DNA of 64,000 nucleotides from Octopus sinensis (GCF_006345805.1 NC_043012.1:14570001-14634000), one strand, 5' to 3'; shown: positions 13,613-27,206, counted from the first letter of the stretch. Notes: generated from the sequence alone by a model not told the origin. Numbers and translations: made by a program.

Positions 13613-15369
13613 AAGTTACACTGACAGCAGTGAGAAGCCTTAATGAGGAATTTAAATGTCAGAGAAATATATTTGTTTTAAGATTTCTAAAATAATATAC
13701 AACGGGTTATAATAACAGGTAAAAGGTATTTCTACGGCCGTTTCAGGAGTTTATTTGTCCTGGTAAAGTGTGGATTTTATAATTCCCATACAGACAATGC
13801 CTGGCTATTGACACACTATTTCTGCCCTATCAGTATTTGCAAAGGGAAGTCATCGTTCCCATCTCCAGCCTGACGTGAAACACAGTTTCTGGGCATTGAT
13901 CGTCATCAGCGTATATAAACTACCGATTTCTTTATTATGATAATAAATATTATGATAAGTATCTATTACAAAGAAGGACAATAAAGGACGTTACAAACAG
14001 AAATGTGCTAAGTGAGCTTATAATGAAAAATTCGATGAATCATATATATATATATAAATTTTTAAATTTTACAAACTTATTTTCACAAGCTATGGCCGGA
14101 TTGCCAACGACTATACCTTGCTTTTACCATGGGTGGAATTAAGTAGGGACAGTCACTCCCAACTTCCACACGACATCCTTCCATCTTTTCTCATATATGC
14201 TTCGCGACAAGTGTCTTTTCTACGTAAATTATCAAGCCCGAAAGCTCCGGGTACTGTACATTTTTTAGAGTTTGGGTCGATATTCCTTCTGCTGTTTCAG
14301 CGTTCCCGAATTGTGCCTCAACAATGGCGCTGCTTCGTCCTCGACCGACATAGGTAATTTTTCCCTATATGGGGGCGAGGCACTTTTCTACCAACTCGTT
14401 CCTCACAGACATAATTCATTTTTTCCTTCCGGTTGTATATCTTGTAGACTACCGTTCTGGCAGTTAAGTTTTGTAGCATACCCTCTGGTGGCAACAGTTT
14501 TGTTTCGTCGCCACTTTTTTTTATAAGGTTCCGAAACTTAAATACTTGTTCTTTCGACACCTCCAATTCACAAAAATTACCACCAACGGCAGCAGAGAAA
14601 ATGGGTTTTCCTTTTCTTCCTGGTTACCAACTTGGTTACTTTCTTTCATTGCCGGAAATTCCTCGATTGAGTACAGAAAGTCAATATTCGACAACAGATT
14701 CAACACCATTTTTACAAATGGCCTCCGAATTTCAAAAAAAAAAGTGTAAATATTTTTGTCAAGATGACAAAATTAATTGTTTTACCCTGCAACGGGTAAA
14801 AAAAATCACAAAAAATAAGCAGTCCAATAAGTTATGCAGAAAACAATTTTCTGCCCTGTAGGGCGAAAATTTTCGTCCACACGACGACAACAGTTCAATT
14901 TCAACAGGAGCTCATACATAACAATTTCAGCAGAAAAATCAACAACAACAGAAATACATTAACCAAATAAACTCGCTAAGCAACAGCAGCCGATCGCAGA
15001 AGAGTGACACAGCGGGTGGCGATGGGAAGTGGTTCTCAATGCAAATATATCTACTTTTTTCCAATGACGAAAAGTTCGAAAATGTGGAAAGAAGCAATAA
15101 TAAATCTCTGAGCGAGGTATAAACAGTCGCAGCACGACATCAATACCGATGTATCACGTCAGGCTAGAGATGGGAACGATAACTTCTCTTTAAAAATACT
15201 GATAGGGCACAGATAGTGTGTCAATAGCCAGCTGGAGGAGATGTCTTCTTGGGACTACAAGCTACAGTAGCATCGGCCCTTAAGGGTTAACCACATTTAT
15301 GTGACAAATATACTTCACGATGTCGTGCTGCCACTGTTTATACCTCGCTCAGAGATTTGTATATATATG

Positions 15370-15412
<43 letters not shown>

Positions 15413-16064
15413 TATATATATAGTGATAGTTAATGAATATTTTCATATGCACTTTACACTGACAGAATAAATAATTTTATACAAGTCCGAACACTAATAT
15501 CTAGTTTAGATATAGTGAAAGCGCGTGGTTTACAGGTTAAGGTAATCGGCTCAAAATCGTATGGTCGTGAGTTCGATTTACGGCAGTGCTTTGTATTCTT
15601 GAGCAAGACACATTATTTCAAGTTGCTCCAGTCCACGCAGCTGGCAAAGAGGTGTTGTAATTGTAATTCAAAAGGCTGGCCTTGTCACATTGTGTCACGC
15701 TGAATCTCCCTGAGAACTACGTTAAGGGTACATGTGTGTGTGGAATGCTCAGCCACTTGCACGTCAATTTCACGATCAGGATGTTCCATTGATCGGATCA
15801 ACTGGAACATTCATCGTGGTAACCGACGGAGTACCAGTTTAAGTTTTAATATGCCACTGACCTAATGAAGATTCTACGACGCTGTTAATTTTTTTCTTTC
15901 AGTCAGGAAGGAAGACAATGCCCATGACCCATTACAAGACTAGTGGAAGGGAGGGCAGAAGGTAAAGAGGAGGGAAGTATCCTTAAACCGGAAGTCTATC
16001 CCGAATGCTTTCGTCAGTGTGAACTCCGCTAAAGACCTCTAAGCTGCCAGATAGTCGCTTTAAA

Positions 16065-16304
16065 GGCGGCGAGCTGGCAGAAACGTTAGCACGCCGGGCG
16101 AAATGCGTAGCCGTATTTCGTCTGCCGTCACGTTTTGAGTTCAATTCCGCCGAGGTCGACGTTGCCTTTCATCCTTTCGGGGTCGATAAATTAAGTACCA
16201 GTTACGCACTGGAGTCGATGTAATCGACTTAACCCCTTTGTCTGTCCCTGTTTGTCCCCTCTATGTTTAACCCCTTGTGGGCAATAAAGAAATAAGAAAT
16301 AAGA
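16065..16304 (+). mobile_element. SINE family A, full copy with 11-bp TSD. Most abundant repeat here, with more than 20 copies or fragments (e.g. 9437-9664 -, 11707-12095 +, 23360-23575 -, 45505-45895 +, 48590-49670 cluster, 52325-52550 +, 58495-58690 -, 62722-63160 +)
   Basis: GGCGGCGAGCTGGCAGAA (A box) ... GAGTTCAAATTCC (B box), then core GCCGAGGTCGACTTTGCCTTTCATCCTTTCGGGGTCGATAAATTAAGTACCAG. TSD GTCGCTTTAAA at 16054-16064 and 16307-16317. The core tentatively resembles the Meta/Sauria-SINE-type domain. Confidence 0.88.
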
Positions 16305-16595
16305 TGGTCGCTTTAAACCGAGCTACGGATTCAGCGTACCACCTATGTAGGCCATAGTAGAATTCAAAAAGAGCAGGACCAAATACCACAAGGCATCCGA
16401 AAAGATAAAAGACAAAGTTAGCTGCAGCAGGACTTGAACACGGAGCGCCGGTAGTTTGAAACAGATACCGCGCGAAGTGTTCTATCCTACATTCTAACGA
16501 CTATGTCAGTTTACTAGCTTCGTATCAAATCAATACGTATGATATCCACGTATGATGTTAATCCAATATTAGCACGTATATATTAAAATATATAC

Positions 16596-16646
<51 letters not shown>

Positions 16647-16650
16647 TAAT

Positions 16651-17173
16651 TCCGACAGAACCGTCAAAACTAATAAACCGGATATTGTTGTGAAAGACCA
16701 AAACAATAAAGTCTGTTTATTGGTCGACATGAGTATTCTTTGCGATCACAATATCTCGGCAAAAGAATTTGACAAGCTTAGAAAATATAAAAATTTGCTC
16801 TTTGAAACCAAAATAATGTGGCATTTCAGTGATTGTAGGAGCACTCGGAATTATCCAAAAAAAGGAACTGAAAATTATTTGAGAATGATTCCTGGCTTAC
16901 CATCCATACAAGAAGTGCAAAAGATTGTTTTAACTGCTATGTTGCACGCATTGAGAAGAGCATTGTTGCCGTCAGAACGATTACAACCCATGTCGATTTT
17001 TTCTTTTTTTTTTTTCTATTTTCTTTTTAGTTTTTCTTTTTTTTTTAGTTTTTACCTTTCACGTAACTTACTTTGTAAATGAACAATCGGATGTGTTTAT
17101 TTTATTGGCCGATCCTAGATGTCGAGAAGATACTCCACAAGAACTGGAAACAAAATTGAATGAAACAAAATTC
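16651..17173 (+). mobile_element. 5'-truncated R4/Dong-clade non-LTR retrotransposon (RLE endonuclease domain and 3' UTR)
   Basis: DRTVKTNKPDIVVKD...CLLVDMSI...KEFDKLRKYKNL...GALG...IPG...QEVQKIVL...LRRAL; flanked on both sides by (AAT)n. Confidence 0.85.
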
Positions 17174-17226
<53 letters not shown>

Positions 17227-19213
17227 TTCAGGTATTAAGCCTGGAGATTACCTTATCAGGCTCATTCACGAGCCAAAGTTATAAAACAGAGAGTAATCCG
17301 GAAATTGCTTTTTTTCCGTAAAGCGCATGCCTGGAAATCAACAAATATCTTCAGAGTTTCTTCACTTATAACCAAGGAGAATGGAGTGAGAAAGCCATTT
17401 TATTACATCAATTCTTATAGTTGTTTCATCGGAAACTCATGAGATCGATTTCCGATAAAAGAATTGTAAAATTAATACACTAAAATGGCTTAGGACTTAT
17501 TAAATCCATCCTCCTTCGTTATAATTACATGCGTACGTGGATGGGTGGGGGTGCATGTATATACGTATGTATGTATATATTAACAAATGCTCATTATATA
17601 CAATATTCCCAACAGCATCCAATATGAAACTCAGTTTTATAATAAAATTATTGTTTTACTTTCAATTTAAGCTGATTTGTCTCCTCTAAAACAAGTTCCA
17701 TCCAGTTTTTTAATGAGTCTTGGAGAGGGATTTTAGATTTAGATTAACTGTTAAAATGGCGATTTTTCTCTGATGTCTTCTACTGTCCGAAATCGGCGAC
17801 CTTTTAGGGCGGATTTGAACTTTGAGAACAAAAACAAATGTCCACAATAGCCAAATCTGGACCAAAGGAAGACTAGAATTGTTACAAGTTTCGCTAAAAA
17901 GTCACGGATAAAGAGTGACGCATGGATAGGTGCTTTGTCGTAGCTCAGTTGACAGGTTTTGTTTATCCGTGCCTCGGGCCTCTTTCTTCCTACTGCTTCT
18001 CTTCAATGACTCAGGACAACAAGTAAAAAAACTCTTTCTTGATCAGCTGACCACGTGTAATAAACACGTGATGAATGAAGCCTTTCCAATCAAAAACATA
18101 CGATCAACGTAGATGATTTTTTTTCCTTTTTTTTTTGTTTGTTGTTTTTTGTCATCTCGAAAATAATCAAACCTCTTCCACAACTTTTTATTTCGCCATC
18201 ATAGCCACACTGCCACTAAAACAGAGATCATTTCATTTTATTTGTTCGTGTAGCAAAAAAAATTACTTTCAAGTAAAGATGCCATTATCTTACTCAGATA
18301 CACTTCAAAGACACTTCAAACAAACGCGAAAAGGAAGGATGAGAGAATAAGATTACTAGAAATGCAGTGACGTCGCAGTCTCTCATTTCTTGGAATCCTG
18401 CCTTACGTTTTCTCCACCTTTTTCTCTCCTCCTCCTCCTCCCACTCTCTTTTTCCCTCCCTCTACTCACCATTATCAATACCATCGCCACAGCCGCTGTA
18501 TCCGCCTCCACCACAGCCATACAACCAACGGGATAACTTTTCATACTATTTTGACTGACATTTATTAGCGTTACATACATTTCCCATTGGTCTGAACACG
18601 GGTATTAATACGTTAGCGTTTTAGTTTTGACTTCGGGTACATGTATCAGCTTTTCCTTTTGTTCGGAAAATTCTTAAAGAAAATTTTCACTTGTACTGTT
18701 TTGATCGAAAGTATCTAACATATATAATCATAAAATTATGCAAACGACCGATTTGTCATTATCGAAAAAGAGCAAGTCAGTGATAAAATAGATTCAGATA
18801 AAAAAATAAACATAATTTATTCAATTTGCCGTGGTGGAATTTTATCATTCTTTCACCAAAACTTACAACAATGTATATAAACTCACACACACACACACAT
18901 ACCCACACACTCGCACGCACACACATATGTGTATATATGTGTGTGTGTATGTGTGTGTGTGTGTGTGTATACATGCACGCACGCACGTACGCACACATTA
19001 TAGTCGTCTAAAAATCCATATGTCAGAAAAACACGTATTCGTATATTTGTCAATAGAGTGGGTATATTATTCAAAGTATATAGTATTTTATATCCATTTC
19101 AGCTTTCTGTGTATGTACCTATTCCCTTCCGGTCATTCTGTATGTGACCGCGTGTGTATCGTTGGCGATTTTCTTTCACCGTCTTCCCTTCCTTGGATCT
19201 TTCCTTTTTCTAA

Positions 19214-19248
19214 GTTTCTGACGAAGAGCTCCGCTCGAAACGTTAAAT
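19214..19248 (+). ncRNA. Minimal type I hammerhead ribozyme motif
   Basis: GTTT-CTGACGA-A-GAGC(TCC)GCTC-GAAA-CGTT-AAAT: core, stem II and a short stem I are all present. Confidence 0.62.
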
Positions 19249-19341
19249 CCTCCTTCTTTCTTTCCTTTCCTGGGCGTCCAATAACACTATACTTGTTCCT
19301 TGTCCTCGCGTTGTTTTCTCTTTGTATTTTCATGTTTGGAT

Positions 19342-19453
<112 letters not shown>

Positions 19454-19466
19454 GACAGAGAGAGAG

Positions 19467-19540
<74 letters not shown>

Positions 19541-21774
19541 TACTTTTCATGATATTTTGTATTGCTGAACTATATTTACAATTTTCAATCTCCCTCGATT
19601 GCGTGTATCTCCGCACACATAAACGTTTCTTAAGGTTTTGTCATCGTTATGTACTCGAATAGAATTCTTACCTCATTTGAATTTTATTATTTGAATTGTT
19701 TTAATATATACATGTGTTTATTGATCCTAAAAGTACATGAATCGAACATCGTAGCCCATTCAATCACGTCTTATAAATCAATGAAAGTGCCTAAACAAAG
19801 AATATTGAACATTATATTTAATACTCAGCTGCAAGATAACTATATAAACCATGGTTTATATATATTAATTTATTATAAAAAGATGAGAAAATAGACAGGT
19901 AATTAATGAATTATTAATTATTAATAAAAAAAATTGACAAACATCCATTACAGCAGTTTCAATTCAGACCATCAGAAAATTAATCAATTAAAATAAAACT
20001 TATTTGAAAGTCGAATCTCTTTAGAGGTAGATAAAGATATACAAAATAGGTGTTCAACTTTTGTATTTTGAGAAAACGGCTGCAAACTGTTAACTGATAA
20101 AAATTATACAAGAAGAACATAGTATTTAAATGGTAGAGCCCTTAGAAGGAGAATAAGGTTGTATAGTGGAGTTGTAAAACAATATATTCATCTGCAGTGT
20201 TAAGTATAAGAAAGCTCATGTAGATGTAATTGGTAAAAAATCTTATATTGTGCTATGATATCTATTCTTATTAAATCAGTATAAACTTAGTATGTGTGTA
20301 TAGTTATTAGTATATAATTAAGGTGGAAGATATTCAGGTAATCTATTACTTATTATAAATATCGAAATAGTTGAAATACCAGTAAGAAATATTGACTTAA
20401 TGTTTAGGTACATAAAAATTATAAATAAAAACATGAATAAAGTAAAATAAATAAATCAGAATAGAGACAATAAAGAGTGAAAAATTATAGAGAGGAAGGA
20501 AAGAATTATAAATTGTTACCTTTCACCTCTTAAAAATATATCATTATTATTAATAGTAATAACTTTTTAAGAGATGAAAGGTAATAATTTATAATTCTTT
20601 GTTCATTTATTTATTTTTCTCTATCTATGTTCGTTGTGCATTCCAAAACTGAGTTGTCGTTTTTCACGTAGCGGGGTATCAACAGATTCAGTAAGCTTTC
20701 GGTTACCAACTGAACTATATTTTCATTCACTTATTTGCATTACAAAAATTTAAGAGTATCATTTTTCTTTTAGTCACCTATCGTAAACGACATCTTTTAC
20801 TACCACCACCACCACCACAACGACGATGACATCACATTTTCTATATGTGTTTGCACGTTCGATTCGTACATTAGGCTGATGACTGACAATTATGTGTATG
20901 ACGGTGTTTCTGTCTGTTAGTATACATACATTTTTGTGACGACTGACACACACAACTAAAGACAGACAGAGATGGGCTTCACGTATGCGTTAATAGACGT
21001 GTGGGTAAATTCCCCCCACCCCACCCCCAATGAAACGCGCCGATATCGAAAGTTTATTTGTGGTCTGGGCTTCAAACAAACAACAACGTTCACTTTTAAG
21101 TACTACCAACATGAAGATTTGGCTTATTTAACATCACTCACAATACTCGCAAATATATCTGACAAAAATATTATTCTGGTTATTATAACAAATCCGATAA
21201 CTTGGCGAAGTAGAAAGCCTCAGCAGCTCTTTCAATATATTTACAAAAATGTTATTCCACTCCAAACCGGTTTCAAGATAATGTTTTTTTTTTAACAGTC
21301 CTTGTATTCTTCATCACTGTATCAACGTCGCACAACCTTTTTCCTGCGTTACTCAGTATTTTTCTACAGCCTTTAAGTTACACAGTTCAAAAACAACATT
21401 TTCCATTTTATACACTTGGTTCAGCGTTCGTTTCAAAATTGTAAAATAAATTATTTTTGTATGAGAAATTGAATTATGCCTTCTGAATTTTCTGGGACTT
21501 TCACTTTCTTCGCCGTGATATTCAATCGTGAAATACTAACTTTTGCTAAATCGGTGACTTTCCATTTTTTATAGCATAACTATGCTATAGAAAGTATGTT
21601 TTGCGCCTATGTTGACTACATTTCGTTTCGCTTGAACTTCGTGTGTGTACGTTTTGCTGTTTTTAAGTATTATCAATTCTATGAGTGTCTGTGTGTCTGT
21701 GTATGTGTGCGTGTTTGTTTCTGCGTTCGTCACGTCTATAGTAAATTATAGTAAAGAACATTTTACGCTGTTTT

Positions 21775-22290
21775 AATGAGTCCACATCTAATGAAGTAGC
21801 CATCCTTATGGTTGGTGATCCCCATTGAAAATTGTGATATTCTCATTCGTGTTCAAGATAACAACTTTAAACGTGTTTCACAGACTCATCCCTTTTATGA
21901 TGCTCTCCAGTATCCTCTTATTCTGTGGAATGGACAAGATGGGTATTATTTCAATATTCCTCGGATTGAACCTGCAACAAAGAAATGGGTGTCGTCAAAG
22001 GACTTCTATTCTTACCAACTGATGTTACAGTCAGAACAATCAAATCCATTCTACTATACGCACAAGCCCTAAAATTTCGAGGGAAGGGACCAGACGATCA
22101 CATCGACCCCAGTGTCTGGCTGGTACTTAATTTATCGACCCCGAAAGGATGAAAGGCAAAGTTGACCCCGGCGGTATTTGAACAGGCGAAATACCGCTCA
22201 GGCATTTTGCCCGGCATGCTAACGATTCTGCCAGCTCGCCGCCTTCCAGAACAATCAAATCACTTACACATGTCAAATAAACTTTATTTT
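21775..22290 (+). mobile_element. Helitron Rep-region fragment
   Basis: FNESTSNEVAILMVG...KRVSQTHPFYDALQYPLILWNGQDGY...KDFYSYQLM matches the Helitron Rep/helicase N-terminal pattern (YDALQYPL..W.G.DG). It resumes after the SINE as NHLHM. Confidence 0.82.
22047..22246 (-). mobile_element. SINE family A nested in a Helitron fragment
   Basis: 15-bp TSD CAGAACAATCAAATC at 22032-22046 and 22247-22261. Confidence 0.88.
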
Positions 22291-22797
22291 CATTTACATA
22301 TTTTCTACGTTATCTCAATAACCGGCTAAAGTTATTTCAAAAACACTTCTCTACAAAGACCCGGTTTCATTACAAAATGAAAATAGTTTCACACTTTTAA
22401 TTTAAACCAAAATTACAAAGTGTTGCATTACGAGAGTGACGATGCGTGAATAATGGGTTATAAAGAATAATGAGTTATGAAAAATTTTCAAGAGATTTGG
22501 CTGTTATTTCGAGCATGGCGAGAGACCTTCTAGGCTTAACTTCATGGGCTCTTTTACTCTTTTACTTGTTTCAGTCAGTTGACTGTGGCCATGCTGAAGC
22601 ACCGCCTTTAGTCGAGCAAATCGACCCCAGGACTTATTTTTTTGTAAGCCTAGTACTTATTCTATTGTTCTCTTTTGCCGAACCGCTAAGTTACGAGGAC
22701 GTCCCAAACACCCAGCATCGGTTGTCAAGCTATGTTGGAGGGGGGACAAACACAGACACACAAACATATACACACACACACACATACATATTATATA

Positions 22798-22838
<41 letters not shown>

Positions 22839-24149
22839 AATATGCATACATACATATACATATATACGACTGTCTTCTTTCAGTTTCCGTCTACCAAATC
22901 CACTCACAAGGCTTTGGTTGGTCCGAGGCTATAGTAGAAGACACTTGCCCAAAGTGCCACGCAGTGGGACTGAACCTGGAACCTTGTGGTGCGTAAGCAA
23001 GCTACTTTCCACACAGCCACTCCTACTCCTGGTTGAATTTCCTGGTTGAAAATCATCTAAAAAAAAATTCTGGGGTCGATACAATCGACTAAAAGTTCCT
23101 CAAGGTGGTGCTCCAGCATGGCCGCAGTCTAATGACTGCAACAAGTAAAAAGAAAATCAAAAATTAATTATATCACAGATGTGGTTTTGATGAAGCTTGA
23201 AAAAAGCTCTGGGTTCCATACAGCCATCTAAACATTCTTCAAGGTGATGCCCCAGCATGGCCGGTCGCTGTCTAAAAACAGCAACAAGTAAAAAAAATAT
23301 TCTGGGGTCGATATATTCAAATAGAAATTCTAAAAACGAAAAATAACCAAAATATATATATTTCTTTACTACCCACAAGGGGCTAAACACAGAGGGGACA
23401 AACAAGGACAGACACACGGATTAACTCGATTACATCGACACCAGTGCGTAACTGGTACTTAATTTATCGACCCCGAAAGGATGAAAGGCAAAGCCTACCT
23501 CGGCGGGATTTGAACTCAGAACGTAACTGCAGATGAAATACGGCTACGCATTTCGCCCGGTGCGCTAACGTTTCTCGTGTGGCTTATGTCCTAGGTGACC
23601 TTTGACCGGATCCCCTCAAAATGTGATGATGGAGAGACGGGGTCGATGGTGGAGAACCAAGAGATTATAATCGTGACTTATTGCACATTGACTAATGTCA
23701 CTTGCGTACAGACTTTCTCCATTACTTAGTAGGAAAAAAAACTTAGTTCGTGTATTACTTCAGAAAGAATAAAAATATCTTTGCAGTATATCGGGGTTTT
23801 TAGCAGAGTTATGGCAAGTAAAAATAATTAGTGACTTGGTATATTGTGAAAGCAAACAAGTGGAGATGTGGATGGTTAGGTGGGTGGGGGGGTATGCGTC
23901 TTGAGGCTAGACCACAATAACAACACTAAACAGTAATGATAACTATTTCCTTCATACGTGACATTCTATGCATTTATGTGTGTGAGAGTTTTATTCGTAC
24001 GTGCATATATGTGTGAGTGTGTGTGTGTGTGTTGTGTGTGTGTGTGTGTGTGTGTGTGTTGTGTGTGTGTGTGTGTGTTGAAAAAACAAGAACAACACAT
24101 GCTACTTTCTTTTTTTCCTTTACATGTTTCAGTTTTTGAAAATATGTAT

Positions 24150-24232
<83 letters not shown>

Positions 24233-24754
24233 GTAGAAAAATACAACATGGACAAGAACGTATAACTCTTAGAAGACGACACAATAAACATGGACAGGAC
24301 ATTCGAACCCCTCAGTCTTCAGTCAAGAACCGGATCATCGTAGTAATTTCGGCTGATTAATCTTGAGATTACTAGATCACGGCCAGCCCTCCAAGAAAAA
24401 CTAAGCAACGAGCATTAGAAAAACTAAGCTGGAAGCGTAGATTTCCTGGAAGAAGGATCGAATGCATACGAACACAGGACAGCAAAAGGGACAGATATAA
24501 AAAAAAAAAATTAAAAAAAAAAAAAAAAAAAAACAATAATGGAATACAGAGACATGAAATACAGAAGCATTAACGGTGAAAACAACAAGTGTCTTACGAC
24601 TGATAACAAGCAAACAATTTTTTCATATATATATATATAATATACATATTTATATAATAAATAGATAGATTGACAGATAGATATAATTGTGTGTCTGTAT
24701 ATGTATATTTATATATATAGGTTATATAAATTTGAGAACTCAACTATAAATTTT

Positions 24755-24789
<35 letters not shown>

Positions 24790-25297
24790 CATACAGATAT
24801 ATGTTCTTTTATTCTTATATATATATAGCATGTGTATAGGTGTGTGTTTTTGTGTGTATTTTGGTGTATGTATGCATGTACTCCTTTCTTGAAAACAAAT
24901 GTTTTCGTTTTTGTTTTTGGTGAGGAGATATATAAACTAGATTTCGAATTTATAGTTATACGTTTATTCAAATTATTGATTATATGTTTTTTTTAAGTGA
25001 AAGTAAATAATATACTTGTATGTATATGAATGCGTATTTATATAAGCATGTATGTGTGTGTTTACATATAGATATATGTATGTGTCTATATACATGTGTG
25101 TGTGTGAGTGTGTATTGAACCCTGGAGAAGAATTTCATTTAAAGAATAGTCTATTCTTCATTGTTATATATTGAAAGCTCTTTAGAGCAGAGCAAGGAAA
25201 AGCTATTGAAAAGTGAATATATAAATGTGGGCACGTAGTCTCTGATATTTCTGTTTTTTATTGCTTTCTTTGTTTGTGAGGAGGACTGTAGTGTTAT

Positions 25298-25346
<49 letters not shown>

Positions 25347-25699
25347 TATACGTATGTGAGTGTATCGTTGTTTTGCATCAGATCGGTCCTGGGGCGCGCA
25401 AAAATAACAACTAGACTCAATCTCATTCTCTACCACTTCACTATATGCATACACGTGCTCACAAGCACAGACACAAACAAATATATGTACACACAAATAA
25501 CTACATATATACACACAAAGGCACACACATATATATATATACATATACATATACGCATACACATGAACACACACAGAAACACACACCACGTATACATACG
25601 AACATAGACACGCTCTTATGAATATTTAAACATTTACCTATAAACCTAATGATTTTCATTTGGTCCTCTTTAATAGTTTTAACGACTGTATATTTGTAT

Positions 25700-26565
25700 G
25701 AGTGTATCTGTGTGTGTGTGTATGTACGTGCGTGTGTGTTGTGTGTGTGTATGAGTGTGTGTGTGTATGTACGTGCGTGTGTTGTGTGTGTGTATGAGTG
25801 TGTGTGTGTATGTACGTGCGTGGTGTGTTGTGTGTGTGTATGAGTGTGTGTGTGTATGTACGTGCGTGTGTGTGTGTGTGTGTAGTACGTGCGTGTTGTG
25901 TTGTTGTGTGTATGTACGTGCGTGTGTGTTGTGTGTGTGTATGAGTGTGTGTGTGTATGTACGTGCGTGTGTGTTGTGTGTGTGTATGAGTGTGTGTGTG
26001 TATGTACGTGCGTGTGTGTTGTGTGTGTGTATGAGTGTGTGTGTGTATGTACGTGCGTGTGTGTGTTGTGTGTGTATGAGTGTGTGTTGTATGTACGTGC
26101 GTGTGGTGGTGTGTGTGTATGAGTGTGTGTGTGTGTACGTGCGTGTGTGTTGTGTGTGTGTATGAGTGTGTGTGTGTATGTACGTGCGTGTGTGTTGTGT
26201 GTGTGTATGAGTGTGTGTGTGTATGTACGTGCGTGTGTGTTGTGTGTGTGTATGAGTGTGTGTGTGTATGTACGTGCGTGTGTGTTGTGTGTGTGTATGA
26301 GTGTGTGTGTGTATGTACGTGCGTGTGTGTATGAGTGTGCGTGTGTATGTACGTGTGTGTGTGTTGTGTGTGTGTATGAGTGTGTGTGTGTTATGTACGT
26401 GTGTGTGTGTTGTGTGTGTGTATGAGTGTGTGTGTGTATGTACGTGCGTGTGTGTTGTGTGTGTGTATGAGTGTGTGTGTGTATGTACGTGTGTGTGAGT
26501 GTGAGTCTGTGTGTACGTGTGTGTATGTGCATGAGTGCTTGTGTATACTTGTGTGTGTGTGTGTG
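25700..26565. repeat. Minisatellite of about 45 bp built from (TG)n
   Basis: Unit like ATGAGTGTGTGTGTGTATGTACGTGCGTGTGTGTTGTGTGTGTGT, roughly 18 copies. Confidence 0.9.
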
Positions 26566-26566
26566 T

Positions 26567-27206
26567 TCTCTTCTGTCGTTAATTGGTTGAAATCTCCCCT
26601 CCGAGGACGAAGCTCGTTTCTATCAAACACAACGCTCCATAATTGAAATGTAGATAACAAAAATTAATTAACATTTCAAACTTGAGAAAAGTTTTGAATA
26701 TTTGTACTGTTCCACTTAAAGATTATATTTGTAATAAGCGAATTCGCACATTATATTTTCTGAAGGACCTAGCTTATCCAGATTGTCAATTAGGCATTTA
26801 CTCACAAAATCAGTTGTGATAATAATAATTATTGGCTATAATCTGGATATAGAAACTGAAAATTTCGAAGCAGTTATCCGTTGGTATCAACTTTCTCTTT
26901 GATTTTCAAAAAGATGTACACATCAACAGGACAGCTGACCTCCATGACGTCACATACTTTTTCTTTTTGTCCATCCCAAACAACGATATCTGGCCTGTTA
27001 TGCTTACACTTGAGAGAAGTTTTGATAGGGATGCTCCACCAATATTTCTTGTTTTGATGATGATTTTTTTATGTTATTCAATAACAGAGGGATTCTCTGT
27101 ATTGATTCCAGGACAGCGGTTTATTTTGGATAGCATTATATATTGTTTTAACGACAGGATCGTGTCGCATAGGGAGGTACTACCTCGGTGACATTTTTGG
27201 GCAACT
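26567..27206 (-). mobile_element. 5'-truncated R4/Dong-clade retrotransposon (second lineage), degenerate
   Basis: Hand translation gives SCPKMSPR*YLPMRHD...YWWSIPIKTSLKCKHNRPDIVVWD...VMEVSCP...KIKEK. The 3' end abuts (CA)n. Confidence 0.8.

Noticed and set aside
15278-15290. AAGGGTTAA as a piggyBac right end
   Set aside because: Homology with the 46.5-kb copy continues past it, that copy lacks TTAA, and no matching TTAA-CCCT left end was found.
18040-18620. Possible promoter or first exon (two CACGTG, a CCAAT, pyrimidine-rich stretch)
   Set aside because: The motifs are short and common; no signal-peptide exon or transcript evidence is visible.
24300-24345. Minus-strand CTGAAGA...GAATGTC hammerhead-like string
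   Set aside because: GAAA is broken and the stems do not pair convincingly.
25501-26660. 343-aa His/Thr ORF and many Cys/Val ORFs
   Set aside because: Translations of the (TG)n minisatellite. The same applies to the YI-, LSIY- and NNN-type ORFs throughout the window.
26967-27191. + strand ORF containing LTLERSFDRD, superficially like a cadherin LDRE motif
   Set aside because: It is the antisense of the R4-type RLE fragment and has no other cadherin motifs.
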